This document shows, piece after piece, positions 10,646-21,992 of a stretch of 31,507 nucleotides of DNA. The notes under the pieces were generated by a model. The model saw only the letters and a program-made list of their open reading frames with translations. It was not told where the DNA came from and made no database searches. The DNA is from Octopus sinensis (lineage: Eukaryota): contig NW_021832289.1 in the NCBI RefSeq assembly GCF_006345805.1, positions 1 through 31,507 of the forward strand, read 5' to 3'. Position 1 is the first letter of the stretch; every line of letters begins with the position of its first letter. The translations under genes and the position numbers were made by a program.

Positions 10646-10654
10646 GGACGTTGT

Positions 10655-10920
10655 TCTCACGACCGCAAAATCGTGGTTTCGAATTCCAACACCAGCGGTG
10701 CAGGATGGTCTCTTGAACAAAACATTTCATTTCACTTTGCTCCAGTCCACTTAGCTGTAAATGTGTAACCCTGCAACGGACAAGCGTTCCATTCAGCGGA
10801 ATTGTTGACCTGCCCGCCGAGTCAGCTTTCATTCGAAAGTTACAGCAATGCGAGGAAGCGCATTGTGACCAGCAGTGTATAACAACATCCGATTGTCTTG
10901 ATGACAGAATGATATAAAAC
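10655..10920 (+). mobile_element. SINE family D, 5'-truncated
   Basis: gtggtttcgaattcc...cttgaacaaaacatttcatttcactttgctccagtccacttagctg...gcattgtgaccagc...acaacatccga. Confidence 0.7.
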
Positions 10921-11016
10921 AATGATATGTATAACATTTATAATGTAGACACAAATGTGGTACGGCACAAAGTACAGTTACATAACTGACATGTTACTGC
11001 ATAAGATGGGCCACAT

Positions 11017-11485
11017 TCACACTTACCAACCACATGGTTCCGGGTTCAGTCCCATTGCGTGGCACCTTGGGAAGGCGGCAAACTGGCAGAAACGTTAGCA
11101 CGCCGGGTGAAATGCTGAGCGGTATTTCGTCTACCGCTACTTTCTGAGTTCAAATTCCGCCGAAGTCGACTTTGCCTTTCATCTTTTCGGGGTCGATTAA
11201 ATAAGTACCAGTTATGCATTGGGGCCGCCGTAATCGACTTAATCCGTTTGTCTGTCCTTCTTTGTCCCTTCTGTGTTTAGCCCCTTGTGGGTAGTGAAGA
11301 AATAGGTATTTCGTCTGCCGCTACGTTCTGAGTTCAAAATCCGCCGAGGTCGACTTTGCCTTTCATCCTTTCGGGGTCGATAAATTAAGTACCAGTTATG
11401 CACTGGGGTCGCTGTAATCGACTTAATCCCTTTGTCTCTCCTTGTTTGTCCCCTCTATGTTTAGCCCCTTGTGGGCAATAAAGAA
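11017..11485 (+). mobile_element. Composite SINE: A-head fragment + B + duplicated B 3' part, flanked by a 16-bp TSD
   Basis: TSD ataagatgggccacat (11001-11016) / ataagatgcgccacat (11486-11501); A to about 11073, B to 11304, second B body from 11305. Confidence 0.85.
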
Positions 11486-11654
11486 ATAAGATGCGCCACA
11501 TCATCCTCACCGGGATATTTTGCGTAAAGCTCCTTCAGTAATAATCAGCTTTTACCGCGGTGCTTACTTTCACTGCGTTTCTTATTAAGGGTGGAATGCA
11601 GTTTCGTAATCTACAGACACTTTTCCGTGTATATAACCTCCGCCCACATGAATA

Positions 11655-11752
11655 AGTGTGTGCATAAATATATAATATATATATGTACATATATATATAT
11701 ATATACACACACGTACAGATATATATATATATATATATACATACACGCACAC

Positions 11753-11801
<49 letters not shown>

Positions 11802-12188
11802 CATAAATGCATGTACACATATATTTGCATAGGTATATATATGTATGTCTTTATACACACGCACTTGTATGTATGTTTGTCTCTATGTACAGGCAAACAT
11901 ATATCGATATGTCTACATGCAAACAAGTGTCCAATACATGCTTAAATGTTTATTTAGCTGTCTAAATATATGAATATATGTATGTGTGTTTGTTTATATT
12001 TGCGCCCGTGTATATGGGAGAGAAAGTGCGTAGACAGAAAGGAAGACAAGGAAGTCAGTGAAAAAGAGAGAGTAAGTAAATGATATATGAGCATATATGT
12101 ATGTATATATGTATATATATATATATATATATAATATGTATATAACACGCACACACATATATATATATATGTGTGTATGTATATATAC

Positions 12189-12219
<31 letters not shown>

Positions 12220-12282
12220 ATATAATATATACATATATATTACATACATACATACATACTACATAACATACATACATACATT

Positions 12283-12318
<36 letters not shown>

Positions 12319-12362
12319 TATATTATATATATATAATATATATATACACACACATACACACA
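11655..12362. repeat. (TA)n/(CA)n/(TACA)n microsatellite complex, interrupted
   Basis: Direct reading. Confidence 0.9.
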
Positions 12363-12535
12363 GAGCAGAAGAGAGAGGGAGATTATATTTCACCAAATCA
12401 TACTTAATCAATCTTTTATTTCGTAGATCGTATTTCGTGTCCACCAAATTTCAATCGACAATGGCACGCTCCACCCAGACGACACCCCCATAATACACCC
12501 ATCCACCCCACATCCACATATGTATGTATATATGC

Positions 12536-12566
<31 letters not shown>

Positions 12567-13034
12567 CATACATACATACATACATACATACGTTTGCGTA
12601 TGTAGTAGCCACTGGTGAGGTTTTACAAGTTTTTTTGTTTTTTTTCCAATTGCCAGTACCAGCAGCAGATGGCACTGTTCAATAGAACCGATTCTATACG
12701 CCTTTATATTAGCACCTAATAAAGAACAGATAACCTATGTCAACGTGGAAGGTCATGCCTTTTGATAATACAACTTTTGAAAGGAGTTTAAACACGAGTT
12801 AAGTTTCTTGTTAGCCTTCTTAGGCCGCCAAACATAGCAGCTTTCTTAAGAGTATAGTCCAATGAGATAGTAGGTACTGATAACATTGCAGCCTTCGTTT
12901 ATATTTTAGTCTGGGAAGGAAGGACAACATTAATGACCCACCTATGAAGCCCTACGAGACTTGTGAAAGGAAAGACAAGTATCTTCGAGGCGGAGAACTG
13001 GTCCGGATGTTTTTAAAGCACTAAACCCCGTTAA

Positions 13035-13344
13035 GGAGGCGCAATGACCCAGTGGTTAGGGCAGCGGACCCGCGGTCGGAGGATCGCGGTTTCGATTCCC
13101 AGACCGGGCGCTGTGTGTGTTTATTGAGCGAAAACACCTAAAAGCTCCACGCGGCTCCGGCAGGGGGTGGTGGCGACCGCTGTTGTACTCTTTCACCCCC
13201 AACTTTCTCTCACTCTCTCTTCCTGTTTCTTAAGTAACGCTGTGATGGACTGGCGTCCCGTCCAGCTGGGGGGAACACATACGCCACAGAAACCGGGAAA
13301 CCGGGCCCATGAACCTGGCTAGGCTTGAAAAGGACGAGAAAAAA
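13035..13344 (+). mobile_element. SINE family C, full length with TSD
   Basis: A-box/B-box head, A-rich tail, TSD aaaccccgttaa (13023-13034) / aaactccgttaa (13345-13356). Confidence 0.92.
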
Positions 13345-13439
13345 AAACTCCGTTAAAGGCACCTAACATATTGGTGGTGTCTTACGCCGGGTAACAATTA
13401 AATCTACCCTATGTTGTTTTGTTACATAAACACACAGTC

Positions 13440-14045
13440 TTAATTTGGGAGACAGAGAAGAGAAAGTTTGATTGTATGGACCTCAGTACTTAACTGGAAT
13501 TTTGTATTATCCCTTAAAGAATAAAAAGCAAAAATTAGTCTTGGTGGGATTTGAACTCAGAACGTAAAGTTTCGATACAAATATTCTTTTCTGCTTTAGG
13601 TATAAGGCCCGAAATTTTGGGGGAGTGAGCCCAGTCAATTAGACCGACCGCAGTACGTAACTGGTACTTAATTTATCGACCCCGAAAGGATGAAAGGCAA
13701 AGTCGACCTCGGCAGAATTTGAACTCAGAACGTAAAGACGGACGAAATACCGATAAACATTTCACGTAGCTTGCTAACGTTTCTTATTTCTTTATTGCCC
13801 ACAAGGGGCTAAACACAGAGGGGACAAACAAGGACAGACAAAGGGATTAAGTTGAGTACATCGACTGGTACTTAATTTATCGATCCCGAAAAGATGTAAG
13901 GCAAAGTCGACCTCGGCTGAATTCAAACTCAGAACGTAATGGCAGACGAAATACGGCTAAGCATTTTGCCTGGCGTGCTAACGTTTCTGCCAACTCGCTG
14001 CCTTAGTCTATACAAATATTGCAGGCGTTGGGTCCGTCGCTCTAA
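13440..14045 (-). mobile_element. Old SINE B copy interrupted by the B-B dimer
   Basis: gatttgaactcagaacgtaaag before 13575 continues as gcaggcgttgggtccgtcgctcta after 14020. Confidence 0.6.
13586..14009 (-). mobile_element. SINE B dimer (long-tail B joined to short-tail B) with an 11-bp TSD
   Basis: TSD atacaaatatt at 13575-13585 and 14010-14020; junction aagaaataag|aaacgttagc on the minus strand. Confidence 0.85.
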
Positions 14046-14160
14046 AACAAGGGTTCTTAAACTAGGTTAAATTTATCCTGTAAAGGATAAATTTCGCCTG
14101 CATAAGAAGCAAATTCGCTGACTCAAGATTTTTACATAGTTTTTTTCAATTATCTATATA

Positions 14161-14445
14161 AGTGGCTTGGTGGTTAGAGTGTTGCACTCACGATCTAGCC
14201 ATCGTGATTTCAGTTCTTAGACTGGATGGTACGTTGTGTTCTTGAGCAAAACACCTCATCTCATGTTGCTCTGCGATCACTTCGACACCTGACGCGTGGT
14301 ATACCGTGCACCTGTTCAGACAACGTCGATTTGGTGGAGAGAGTGATCTATTGTGTGACACGAACATTTGATCACTATAAACAAATCATTTGTGTAGGTC
14401 GTTCGGCAAAAGCTGACAGCTCATACGTCATCTTCGGCGGGTGAG
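14161..14445 (+). mobile_element. SINE with family D head and a different tail
   Basis: gtggcttggtggttagagtgttgcactcacgat...gtgttcttgagcaaaacacc head; tail unlike other D copies. Confidence 0.7.
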
Positions 14446-14730
14446 TCCATCGTATATAAATGTGTGTGCGTGCGCGCGCGTGTGTGTATGTGTGTTACCA
14501 CTACATCACATCACATCACACCACCATGCACCACATCACATTACATCACATCACAACGAACACACTAGCACTGACCACTTCCCAGCCCCACGCCATCATC
14601 CACAAACCTACAAATATACACACACACACACGTCAGGGTCACCAGCCCTCTTCCACATATATGCTCTCCTATACACACGCGCGCGCACTTTCGTTTTGGT
14701 ATCACCACTATTTTATTATCTCCCCTTCTT

Positions 14731-14902
14731 CCACTACACATTCTTTATTTTTTTTCTGCTTGTTTCTTTCTGTGTTCCTCTCTGTGGAAGAACCTAGGCT
14801 CGAAACAGTGAAGACTTTTTCACTTCCCGAGCGTTATACTAATACATCTGTTTGTTGTCTACACCACCTGTCTTCGTCTTTTGTTTTTTGTGAATTGTCC
14901 CC

Positions 14903-14903
<1 letters not shown>
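14731..14903 (+). mobile_element. Family X short element with HHR-like core
   Basis: ctct-CTGTGGA-a-gaac(ctag)gctc-GAAA-cagtg-aagac at 14778-14815, ttcccgagcgt at 14824-14834, ends gtccccc|TATATA like 5370. Confidence 0.7.
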
Positions 14904-14914
<11 letters not shown>

Positions 14915-14942
<28 letters not shown>

Positions 14943-15175
14943 CTTTGATCCAGTGTTTGTCCTCCTCCACCGCTTGACAACTGTTATTGGTGTGTTTATG
15001 TCCCCGAAACTTAAGGTTTCGGCAAAAGGGACCGATAGAATAAGAACCGGGCTAAAAAAAAAAAGAAAAATAAGTCCTGGCCTCGATTCATTCAACTAAA
15101 AATTCTTCTAGGCAGTGCCCCAGCACGGCCGCAGTATAATTACTAAAACTAGTGAAGGATAAAGGATAAAAGATG
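14915..15175 (+). mobile_element. SINE family A 3' half
   Basis: gcttgacaac...gtgtttatgtcccc...ggcaaaagggaccgatagaataag...ccagcacggccgcag...(aaaggat)n. Confidence 0.8.
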
Positions 15176-15781
15176 CAACCTTTTTCTTTTTGTACTTTTC
15201 ATCTATCTTTGTATACCTTCCCTTTCTTATACGGTAGGCTGTAATTTAATAGAGATTTACCAGCTATTTCTTGCAGATCAAGCAACCTCACCGAAACTTC
15301 CTCAATGTTTCTTATATTTTTGTTTCCGGCCCACTTCCGCTCTTCTATAACAATCAACTATGAGCAATATTTTCTTTGTAGTTTCAAATGGCACTAAGTA
15401 TGTTTCTCGCGCGACGCGTCTTTACGTTGTTTTACTGAAGAGCATAAAGATGGAAACTGGACGTTCGGGAAATATTTTGTTGATTGGGAAATTAATCAGT
15501 TCTGCAACTATGCTGGTTGGGTACGTATGTGTGCGGTTCCCACCATCTTTTCGCTGCGAACGTCTTTTCTCTCGGTGGACAGAAAAATGAACCCGCGATC
15601 GCTTATGAAGCGATAGGAAATGCTGCAACACCTCGCGGTGATCTGCTCTTTACGGCTACAAAGAAAAACATGAAATCAGAGAAGCTAAAAATATCAGTTT
15701 ACTAAAAACATACGGCCGTAAGTTTACTTTACATCTCTTCCCGCCCCCTCTCTCTCTTTCACACACACACACATACATAGA

Positions 15782-15787
15782 GTGTGT

Positions 15788-15862
<75 letters not shown>

Positions 15863-15870
15863 TGTGTGTA
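15782..15870. repeat. (TG)n microsatellite
   Basis: Direct reading. Confidence 0.97.
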
Positions 15871-16140
15871 CTGAGGGAGCAGAAATAACAGGGTTTTACA
15901 AGCGCATACCAAAAGTTTTCGTTCAGCCAGCCGTGTCTGGGCAACTGTATCCATCAGTGCGTGAAAAAAAAAATCAAGAAAGAAAGAGCGGGTGAGGTGT
16001 TTCTACATTTTTTTTTAACGAAAGTCTTACTTCTTCGATAAACACCGTAGAATTATTATAGAAGTGAAACATGACCCTGATTCAAATTCCAGGAATACCC
16101 AACTCAAAAATAAATATCTGAAAAATAACCTCTTTCATTT

Positions 16141-16668
16141 TTGCATCTGGTTTGTAAGATTCTTTATGTGAATTCGTAGTTGTGTCCAGGGAGAGTCATT
16201 ACGCCAATATTAACACACGCACTGGTTCAAGCCCACTCCTTTATTATTAGTAAATTGGTTGAATATCCCACTAATTAATTGTTTGTTTAATTTGGTTAAA
16301 CAGAAAGTCATTTGGTTTGTTTTTATTTGTTATTTTTATTTGATACCAGTCCATCATTAGATCATAAATAAATAAAATATCATTTTTAATAGGTCGACCC
16401 CCACTGCATGAAGCCTTCCGCTGCCGGCGAACACAGTGTAGGTGGGAAAGGCAAACTTAGCCAGAGTGCGATAATTACTATTCCTCGCCATTTATTGGTA
16501 GCTTTGAAAAACAAAAACATAGCAAATGACTTACTCTTTAACCAAATAAAACAAACAATCGCTTAGTAAGTTGGATATTTAACCAATTAACTAATTAAAA
16601 GAGGAGTGGAATAGAACCAGTGCGTGTATTAATAATATTGGCAAAATGACTCTCCCTAGACACAACAA
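16141..16668. mobile_element. Inverted-repeat element with 14-bp flanking direct repeats and a central decayed HHR (PLE inverted pseudo-LTR structure)
   Basis: Arms 16179-~16330 and ~16505-16666 are imperfect reverse complements (gttgtgtccagggagagtcatt / aatgactctccctagacacaac); aacctctttcattt at 16127-16140 and 16669-16682; HHR-like segment at 16398-16446. Confidence 0.7.
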
Positions 16669-16747
16669 AACCTCTTTCATTTAATTATAAATAAAGAAAT
16701 GAGAAACATAATTTCCTTTCTAACATTAGCTCGAGTTGTATGTATAT

Positions 16748-17599
16748 AAGCATATAGGAGAAATCATAGGCCCAGAAAGAGGTGGTGCAGGTGATGCAAG
16801 CATATAGGAGAAATCATAGGCCCAGAAACAGGTGGTGCAGGTGATGCAAGCATATAGGAGAAATCATAGGCCCAGAAACAGGTGGTGCAGGTGATGCAAG
16901 CATATAGGAGAAATCATAGGCCCAGAAACAGGTGGTGCAGGTGATGCAAGCATAGGAGAAATCATAGGCCCAGAAACAGGTGGTGCAGGGATGCAAGCAT
17001 ATAGGAGAAATCATAGGCCCAGAACAGGTGGTGCAGGTGATGCAAGGCATATAGGAGAAATCATAGGCCAGAAACAGGTGTGAGGTGATGCAAGCATATA
17101 GGAGAAATCATAGGCCCAGAAACAGGTGGTGCAGGTGATGCAAGCATATAGGAGAAATCATAGGCCCAGAAACAGGTGGTGCAGGTGATGCAAGCATATA
17201 GGAGAAATCATAGGCCCAGAAACAGGTGGTGCAGGTGATGCAAGCATATAGGAGAATCTAGGCCCATAAGCAGAAACAGGTGGTGCAGGTGATGCAAGCA
17301 TATAGGAGAAATCATAGGCCCAGAAACAGGTGGTGCAGGTGATGCAAGCATATAGGAGAAATCATAGGCCCAGAAACAGGTGGTGCAGGTGATGCAAGCA
17401 TATAGGAGAAATCATAGGCCCAGAAACAGGTGGTGCAGGTGATGCAAGCATATAGGAGAAATCATAGGCCCAGAAACAGGTGGTGCAGGTGATGCAAGCA
17501 TATAGGAGAAATCATAGGCCCAGAAACAGGTGGTGCAGGTGATGCAAGCATATAGGAGAAATCATAGGCCCAGAAACAGGTGGTGCAGGTGATGCAAGC
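16748..17599 (+). repeat. 50-bp minisatellite, about 17 near-identical copies
   Basis: Unit aagcatataggagaaatcataggcccagaaacaggtggtgcaggtgatgc. Confidence 0.97.
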
Positions 17600-17827
17600 G
17601 CATCCACTAAAATTTCTGGCAGAATCAAAATCAAAATTTGTACCCCTGCTTACTTTCTCAGGTTTAGAAAACTGCGTAAAAAATGATCCCTAAAAGGTAG
17701 CTTGAAATTAGGTTTCTTCTCGAAGAAGAAAGAAAAAAAATATTAAAAAATATAAAAACTACGACTTTGTGAAAGATTTTGGACCTGGGTTTGCACCCCC
17801 TAAGCAAATTTCGTTCCCGAGCTAGTG
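17563..17827. mobile_element. Decayed hAT-like MITE whose left end forms part of the minisatellite unit
   Basis: Imperfect TIRs cataggcccagaaac / gttcccgagctagtg, subterminal ggtgca / tgcacc, flanks ggagaaat / agggaaat (6 of 8 match). Confidence 0.45.
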
Positions 17828-18066
17828 AGGGAAATAAACATCAGAGATGCTTTGCCCCATGCAGAAACTACGGAAGCTACTCAGAAGTTTTGCTAGCTCT
17901 TCTCCTGAATCCATTGCAATGCTGGAAAACCTTCCATATCGTCAGCAATTATCTCAGGGTCAAAATCCTTTCACCTCTTAGCCTTTACGCTTCACTTGAG
18001 TGGGGCAGCGAGGTCTGCGCAGGTTTTCACCCATGTAGAGACAATGTATAGACTCTGATTGATAAT

Positions 18067-18266
18067 TGCTTCAAATTTTGGTATAGGGCCAGTAATTTTA
18101 AGGGAGGGGGTAAGCTAATTAGGTCAATCTCAGTATTTGACTGGTACTTAATTTTATCGACCTCAAAGAAAAAAAAAAGGCAAAGCCGATCACAGCGGAA
18201 TTCGAACTCGGAACGTAAAGAACCAGAAGAAATACCTCTAACGACTCCGCCAGCTCTCCACCTTTT
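18067..18266 (-). mobile_element. SINE family B (short tail), older copy
   Basis: ttcaaattttggtatagggcc...actggtacttaattttatcgac...ccgccagctctccacct. Confidence 0.8.
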
Positions 18267-18283
18267 AGGCTCTGATTAATAAT

Positions 18284-18496
18284 GATTTCAAATTTTGGCA
18301 CAAGGCCAGCAATTTCGAGAGAAAGGATTAGTCGTTTGCATCGACCCCAGTTTTCAAATGGTACTTATTTTATCGACCCCGAAGGATGAAAGGCAATGTC
18401 GACCTCGGCCGAATTTGAACTCAGAACATAAAGACAGACGAAATGCCGCTAGGCATTTTGCCCGTCGTGCTATCGATTCTGCCAACTCATCGCCTT
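18284..18496 (-). mobile_element. SINE family B (short tail), younger copy with TSD
   Basis: TSD ctgattaataat at 18272-18283 and 18500-18511. Confidence 0.88.
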
Positions 18497-18755
18497 AGAC
18501 TGATTAATAATGCTAAGAAAAAAACCTGACAAATTCAATAGAAATACACACACAATATAATAAGTTGATAAATCTCGATCAACCAATATTATCAAAGTAA
18601 TCTAATTAATTAGTCGACAAAACTTCTACCAAATTATTTTCTTAGAATTATCTACCTTATTCTTTAAACATTTAAACCCCATGGAAGGAATGTTTCTCAA
18701 TTAATTACCAGGACAATTTTACTTCATTGAAACATCCCATTTACTTCATATTATT

Positions 18756-18757
<2 letters not shown>

Positions 18758-18834
<77 letters not shown>
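18758..18834. repeat. (CT)n microsatellite
   Basis: Direct reading. Confidence 0.97.
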
Positions 18835-18836
<2 letters not shown>

Positions 18837-19112
18837 CGATCAGACTATTGGAAACTCAGCAGTAGGCCTTTAAAAAATGTTCCATGTTATGTGTCATATC
18901 ATATTACGTATTATGTAACATATTAGATGCCGCCCTTCGGTGTTCGTTATTTGATATGCATAACAATAACCACGTGACCAATTCGCTGAGTCGTTATGGG
19001 CGTCGAACAGATTGGGTTGAGGTAATCTTTCTGGCGCTCAATTTCCTTCCATCTCACCGAGTTTCACTGAACCCAATTTAAATTAAATTTTTTTTATCAG
19101 TGTCTATAAATA

Positions 19113-19172
19113 CGAGAGTCGGCGGAAAAGTTCATAGACTAACCAAAATACTCTCATGGAATCTAACCAAAA
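19113..19172 (+). mobile_element. Possible solo mariner-like left end
   Basis: TA + cgagagtcggcggaaaagttc resembles the 7790 terminus; no right TIR seen. Confidence 0.4.
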
Positions 19173-20017
19173 CAGATTTATGGAGTTCCATCTGCGAACT
19201 ATCTTTTGTCTTTCCGAAGGATGAGGTATTCCAAGAAATAAGTACCATTTTTAATGCCCACCCTGACAAAAAAGGATTAAGATTCATTTGAATAATTACG
19301 AGTAAAGTACCCGTCCTGCATTTGAATAGATTCTCCTCTAATTATTTGTTTTTGTCTTTTTCTCTCTCCGGGTAGAAATCGATTGTGATTAGATCTGGAG
19401 TGGGGGGTGCTCCACTAGGTCTAGAATGTCCAAGACGTGCCGTATTTTACGACGGCGTCCCTACAACTTATGAAAGGAATCAAGTACCCATGACATAGCA
19501 AGCCTAACAGACATCTGGGGTATTTTCCCATCGGCTAAATTGTATATAATCAAAATTTTACTAGAGTAATCTAAACTCAGTTTTATAACCTAATCTCTAT
19601 TACATAATCCAGTGCTTATCTACATCACTTAAACTGTGTTTTATAACTTAAACTCAATTACATAACCTAAGTTATTCTATATAATTCCCGGCATCATATA
19701 CTTTTCAACGTAGGTGACAGTGCCACTGCATCTGTCTTTCTCATTTTCAGACGAAATAAAAAAATCGAAACGTTGATTTTGTAATCTTCACAACAAGCGA
19801 ATCTATACAACGCTTTTATGAATTTCATTATTGACTAAATGTTTCCAAACATACCGCCACAATTATTTTTACTCGGATTCCAGATTTCCTACTACAGAAG
19901 GTTAAATTCTACCACAACACACACGAGGGCGCGCTTAAGCATTCTCTCCTTCTCTCCCTCTCCCCCCCCCCAAAAAAAAACATACATATATAAAAATCAT
20001 TTATATATATATATACA

Positions 20018-20526
20018 CCGTAAATCCTCGAGTATAGTCCGCCCTTGAGTATAATATGCAGGGGGTTTTAGGGGGCTGTATCTCTGAAAAACCTAAACCA
20101 TGTGTATAATACGCACCCCTTCTCTAACTTGAGTCAAGGAGGTCTATATAACGTCTTTGGTCTGTAAAACTGTATACGGCAACGTCCTTTATTATTATTG
20201 TATATATAACATAATGCAAACGTGTAACTTTTTTGTGCATTTTGTTTGCAGAAAATAAAGAAATAACAGTAATAACGTTTAATAAATGTTGCTTACTGCA
20301 AGTTATGGATGATCCTTTTTTGACTTCATTGCGTTCAGGCTTAGCTTAAGGTATTTTCGTGCCCGACATCACAAAATGCGTCTGAATAAACATTGCCGGA
20401 CAGCAAATAGAATCACGGACATTGTTTAGAAAATATTTTTCATTTTTAACCCCGTATAAAGTACGCACTAGGGATTTTGACCCTTATATTTTGGAAAAAA
20501 TGCGGATTATATTCGAGGATTTACGG
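20018..20526. mobile_element. Tc1/mariner-superfamily (Tc2/pogo-like, CCGT-ended) MITE
   Basis: TIRs ccgtaaatcctcgagtata / tatattcgaggatttacgg, inserted in (TA)n; subterminal ccc..gtataa..cgcac repeats. Confidence 0.85.
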
Positions 20527-20539
20527 TATATATATATGA

Positions 20540-20875
20540 TTTTACCAATTTCTGAAGTTTAATCGAAATTTCTATCTGCAGCCGATTGAATCTGCGCTTG
20601 CGCGGAGGATTTGAAAATTATAACATATAAAGATGAAACACGTGTTATTTGGTCTCTAATTTATATGTTAATGTTTTGGCGTATCCGCTGACGAGAACTT
20701 CGCCTTGCTAATTAAAGTTCGAAACCTGAGGTCCGGCTGTTAAACATGGTAAATGTTTTTTATTTTTCATTCCTTTCGAAATTGTTCTTAACTGTGGTTT
20801 GGACTGTTTGACTGTTCTTTCTAGTATGTTAGGCAACCTGTTAAGGACCGCCTCTTTGTGTTTAAATGTACACTA
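20540..20875 (+). mobile_element. Short (TA)n-flanked element carrying a canonical HHR (PLE pseudo-LTR-like)
   Basis: Unique sequence between two TA tracts, with a central HHR and T/G-rich 3' part; boundaries approximate. Confidence 0.6.
20685..20736 (+). ncRNA. Type I hammerhead ribozyme
   Basis: ccg-CTGACGA-gaactt[cgccttgctaatta]aagttc-GAAA-cc[tga]gg-TC-cgg: intact core, 6-bp stem II, short stem III with quasi-palindromic cctgagg, GUC triplet at 20731-20733, 3-bp stem I extendable past one mismatch. Confidence 0.75.
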
Positions 20876-21039
20876 ATATAATATATATATATATCTATAT
20901 ATATATATATATATTATATATATATGTATGTATGTATGTATGTATATGTATATATGTATGAATGTATATATGTATGTATATGTATGTTTGTATGTATATG
21001 TGTACTTACACGTATATACACATACTAAACTTTATATAA

Positions 21040-21730
21040 CTTTTATCAAATCTTCTAAAAATGTCTTGATATTCGCAGACAAAACAAGTAATTTATACGA
21101 GCAAAACAATGATATCTACAACAATCTTTTAACATGATAATATCACGAATTCCTACAAAAAGAAAACAGAGATCTTGCAATAAAATATGTAAATGAATTA
21201 ACATAGAATGGCAACATTAAGCCACAGAACACCATTTCCAACACAAGTTAAACTGTCTAGCTAAAAGAAAAAACAGTTTTTCATTACCATAAAAAATGAA
21301 AACAACTTCGATAACATACACAATCGCAGATTAATTAGCCTAGCAACAAAATGATCTAGGCATTATCAGTAAAACAATCTTTGATATAGGATAATCATAA
21401 ATAAATTAAAGAAAAAAAAAAACATGATGCAAATTTGAATTTATGACGCCGTCGCCGTTATCTACTCGTTTAATGGCGTTTGAAAACAGAGATAAATGTA
21501 AATTTATCCACTTCGACATAATTTAACCCCTCTCAATATGCCATGACGCAACAGATCTCTCCTTTTTATTGTGGCTTCCAGCTGAGTAGAGAAAGGCGGA
21601 TCAGATAGTTTTGACATTAGCATGGGCAGCTTTGACGGCGCCAAGGTTTGTGAAGTAGAGGGTCTGTTCCTCTGAGAACTCACCAAATGTTTCATGCGTG
21701 GGACTATATAGAGACACGATAGGCTTGTGG
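21040..21730 (+). pseudogene. Decayed Penelope-like element reverse transcriptase
   Basis: Ordered motifs across frameshifts: FADKTSNLY (21072), NFDNIHNRRLISLA, NDLGIISKTIFD, DKCKFIHFDI, DSFDISMGSFDGAKVCEVEGLFL (21604), VGLYRD-D-GL (21698). Confidence 0.8.
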
Positions 21731-21924
21731 CTTTGAAATTGTGGCCGGATAGACTGGTGCTGTTCTCATAAAGCAAATTAGAATAATATTCAACATATAC
21801 GAATCGCTCTTATACACAACCAAATGAAACTGTTCAAATAACGGTATAAGTACCCAAAGACCTAACAACAAATAGGTCTTTATAGTCACATCAAGCCGTA
21901 TTTAATAGTTATTATATAAACATT

Positions 21925-21989
<65 letters not shown>

Positions 21990-21992
<3 letters not shown>

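Noticed and set aside
10452-10937. 161-aa Pro/Thr-rich ORF
   Set aside because: It is the antisense of a SINE D fused to a (GGT)n repeat.
13035-13110. Functional tRNA gene
   Set aside because: It has A/B boxes but continues into a SINE body and tail with a TSD; it is a tRNA-derived SINE head.
16748-17599. CRISPR-like array
   Set aside because: Units are contiguous and near-identical with no unique spacers, there are no cas genes, and the context is eukaryotic; it is a minisatellite.
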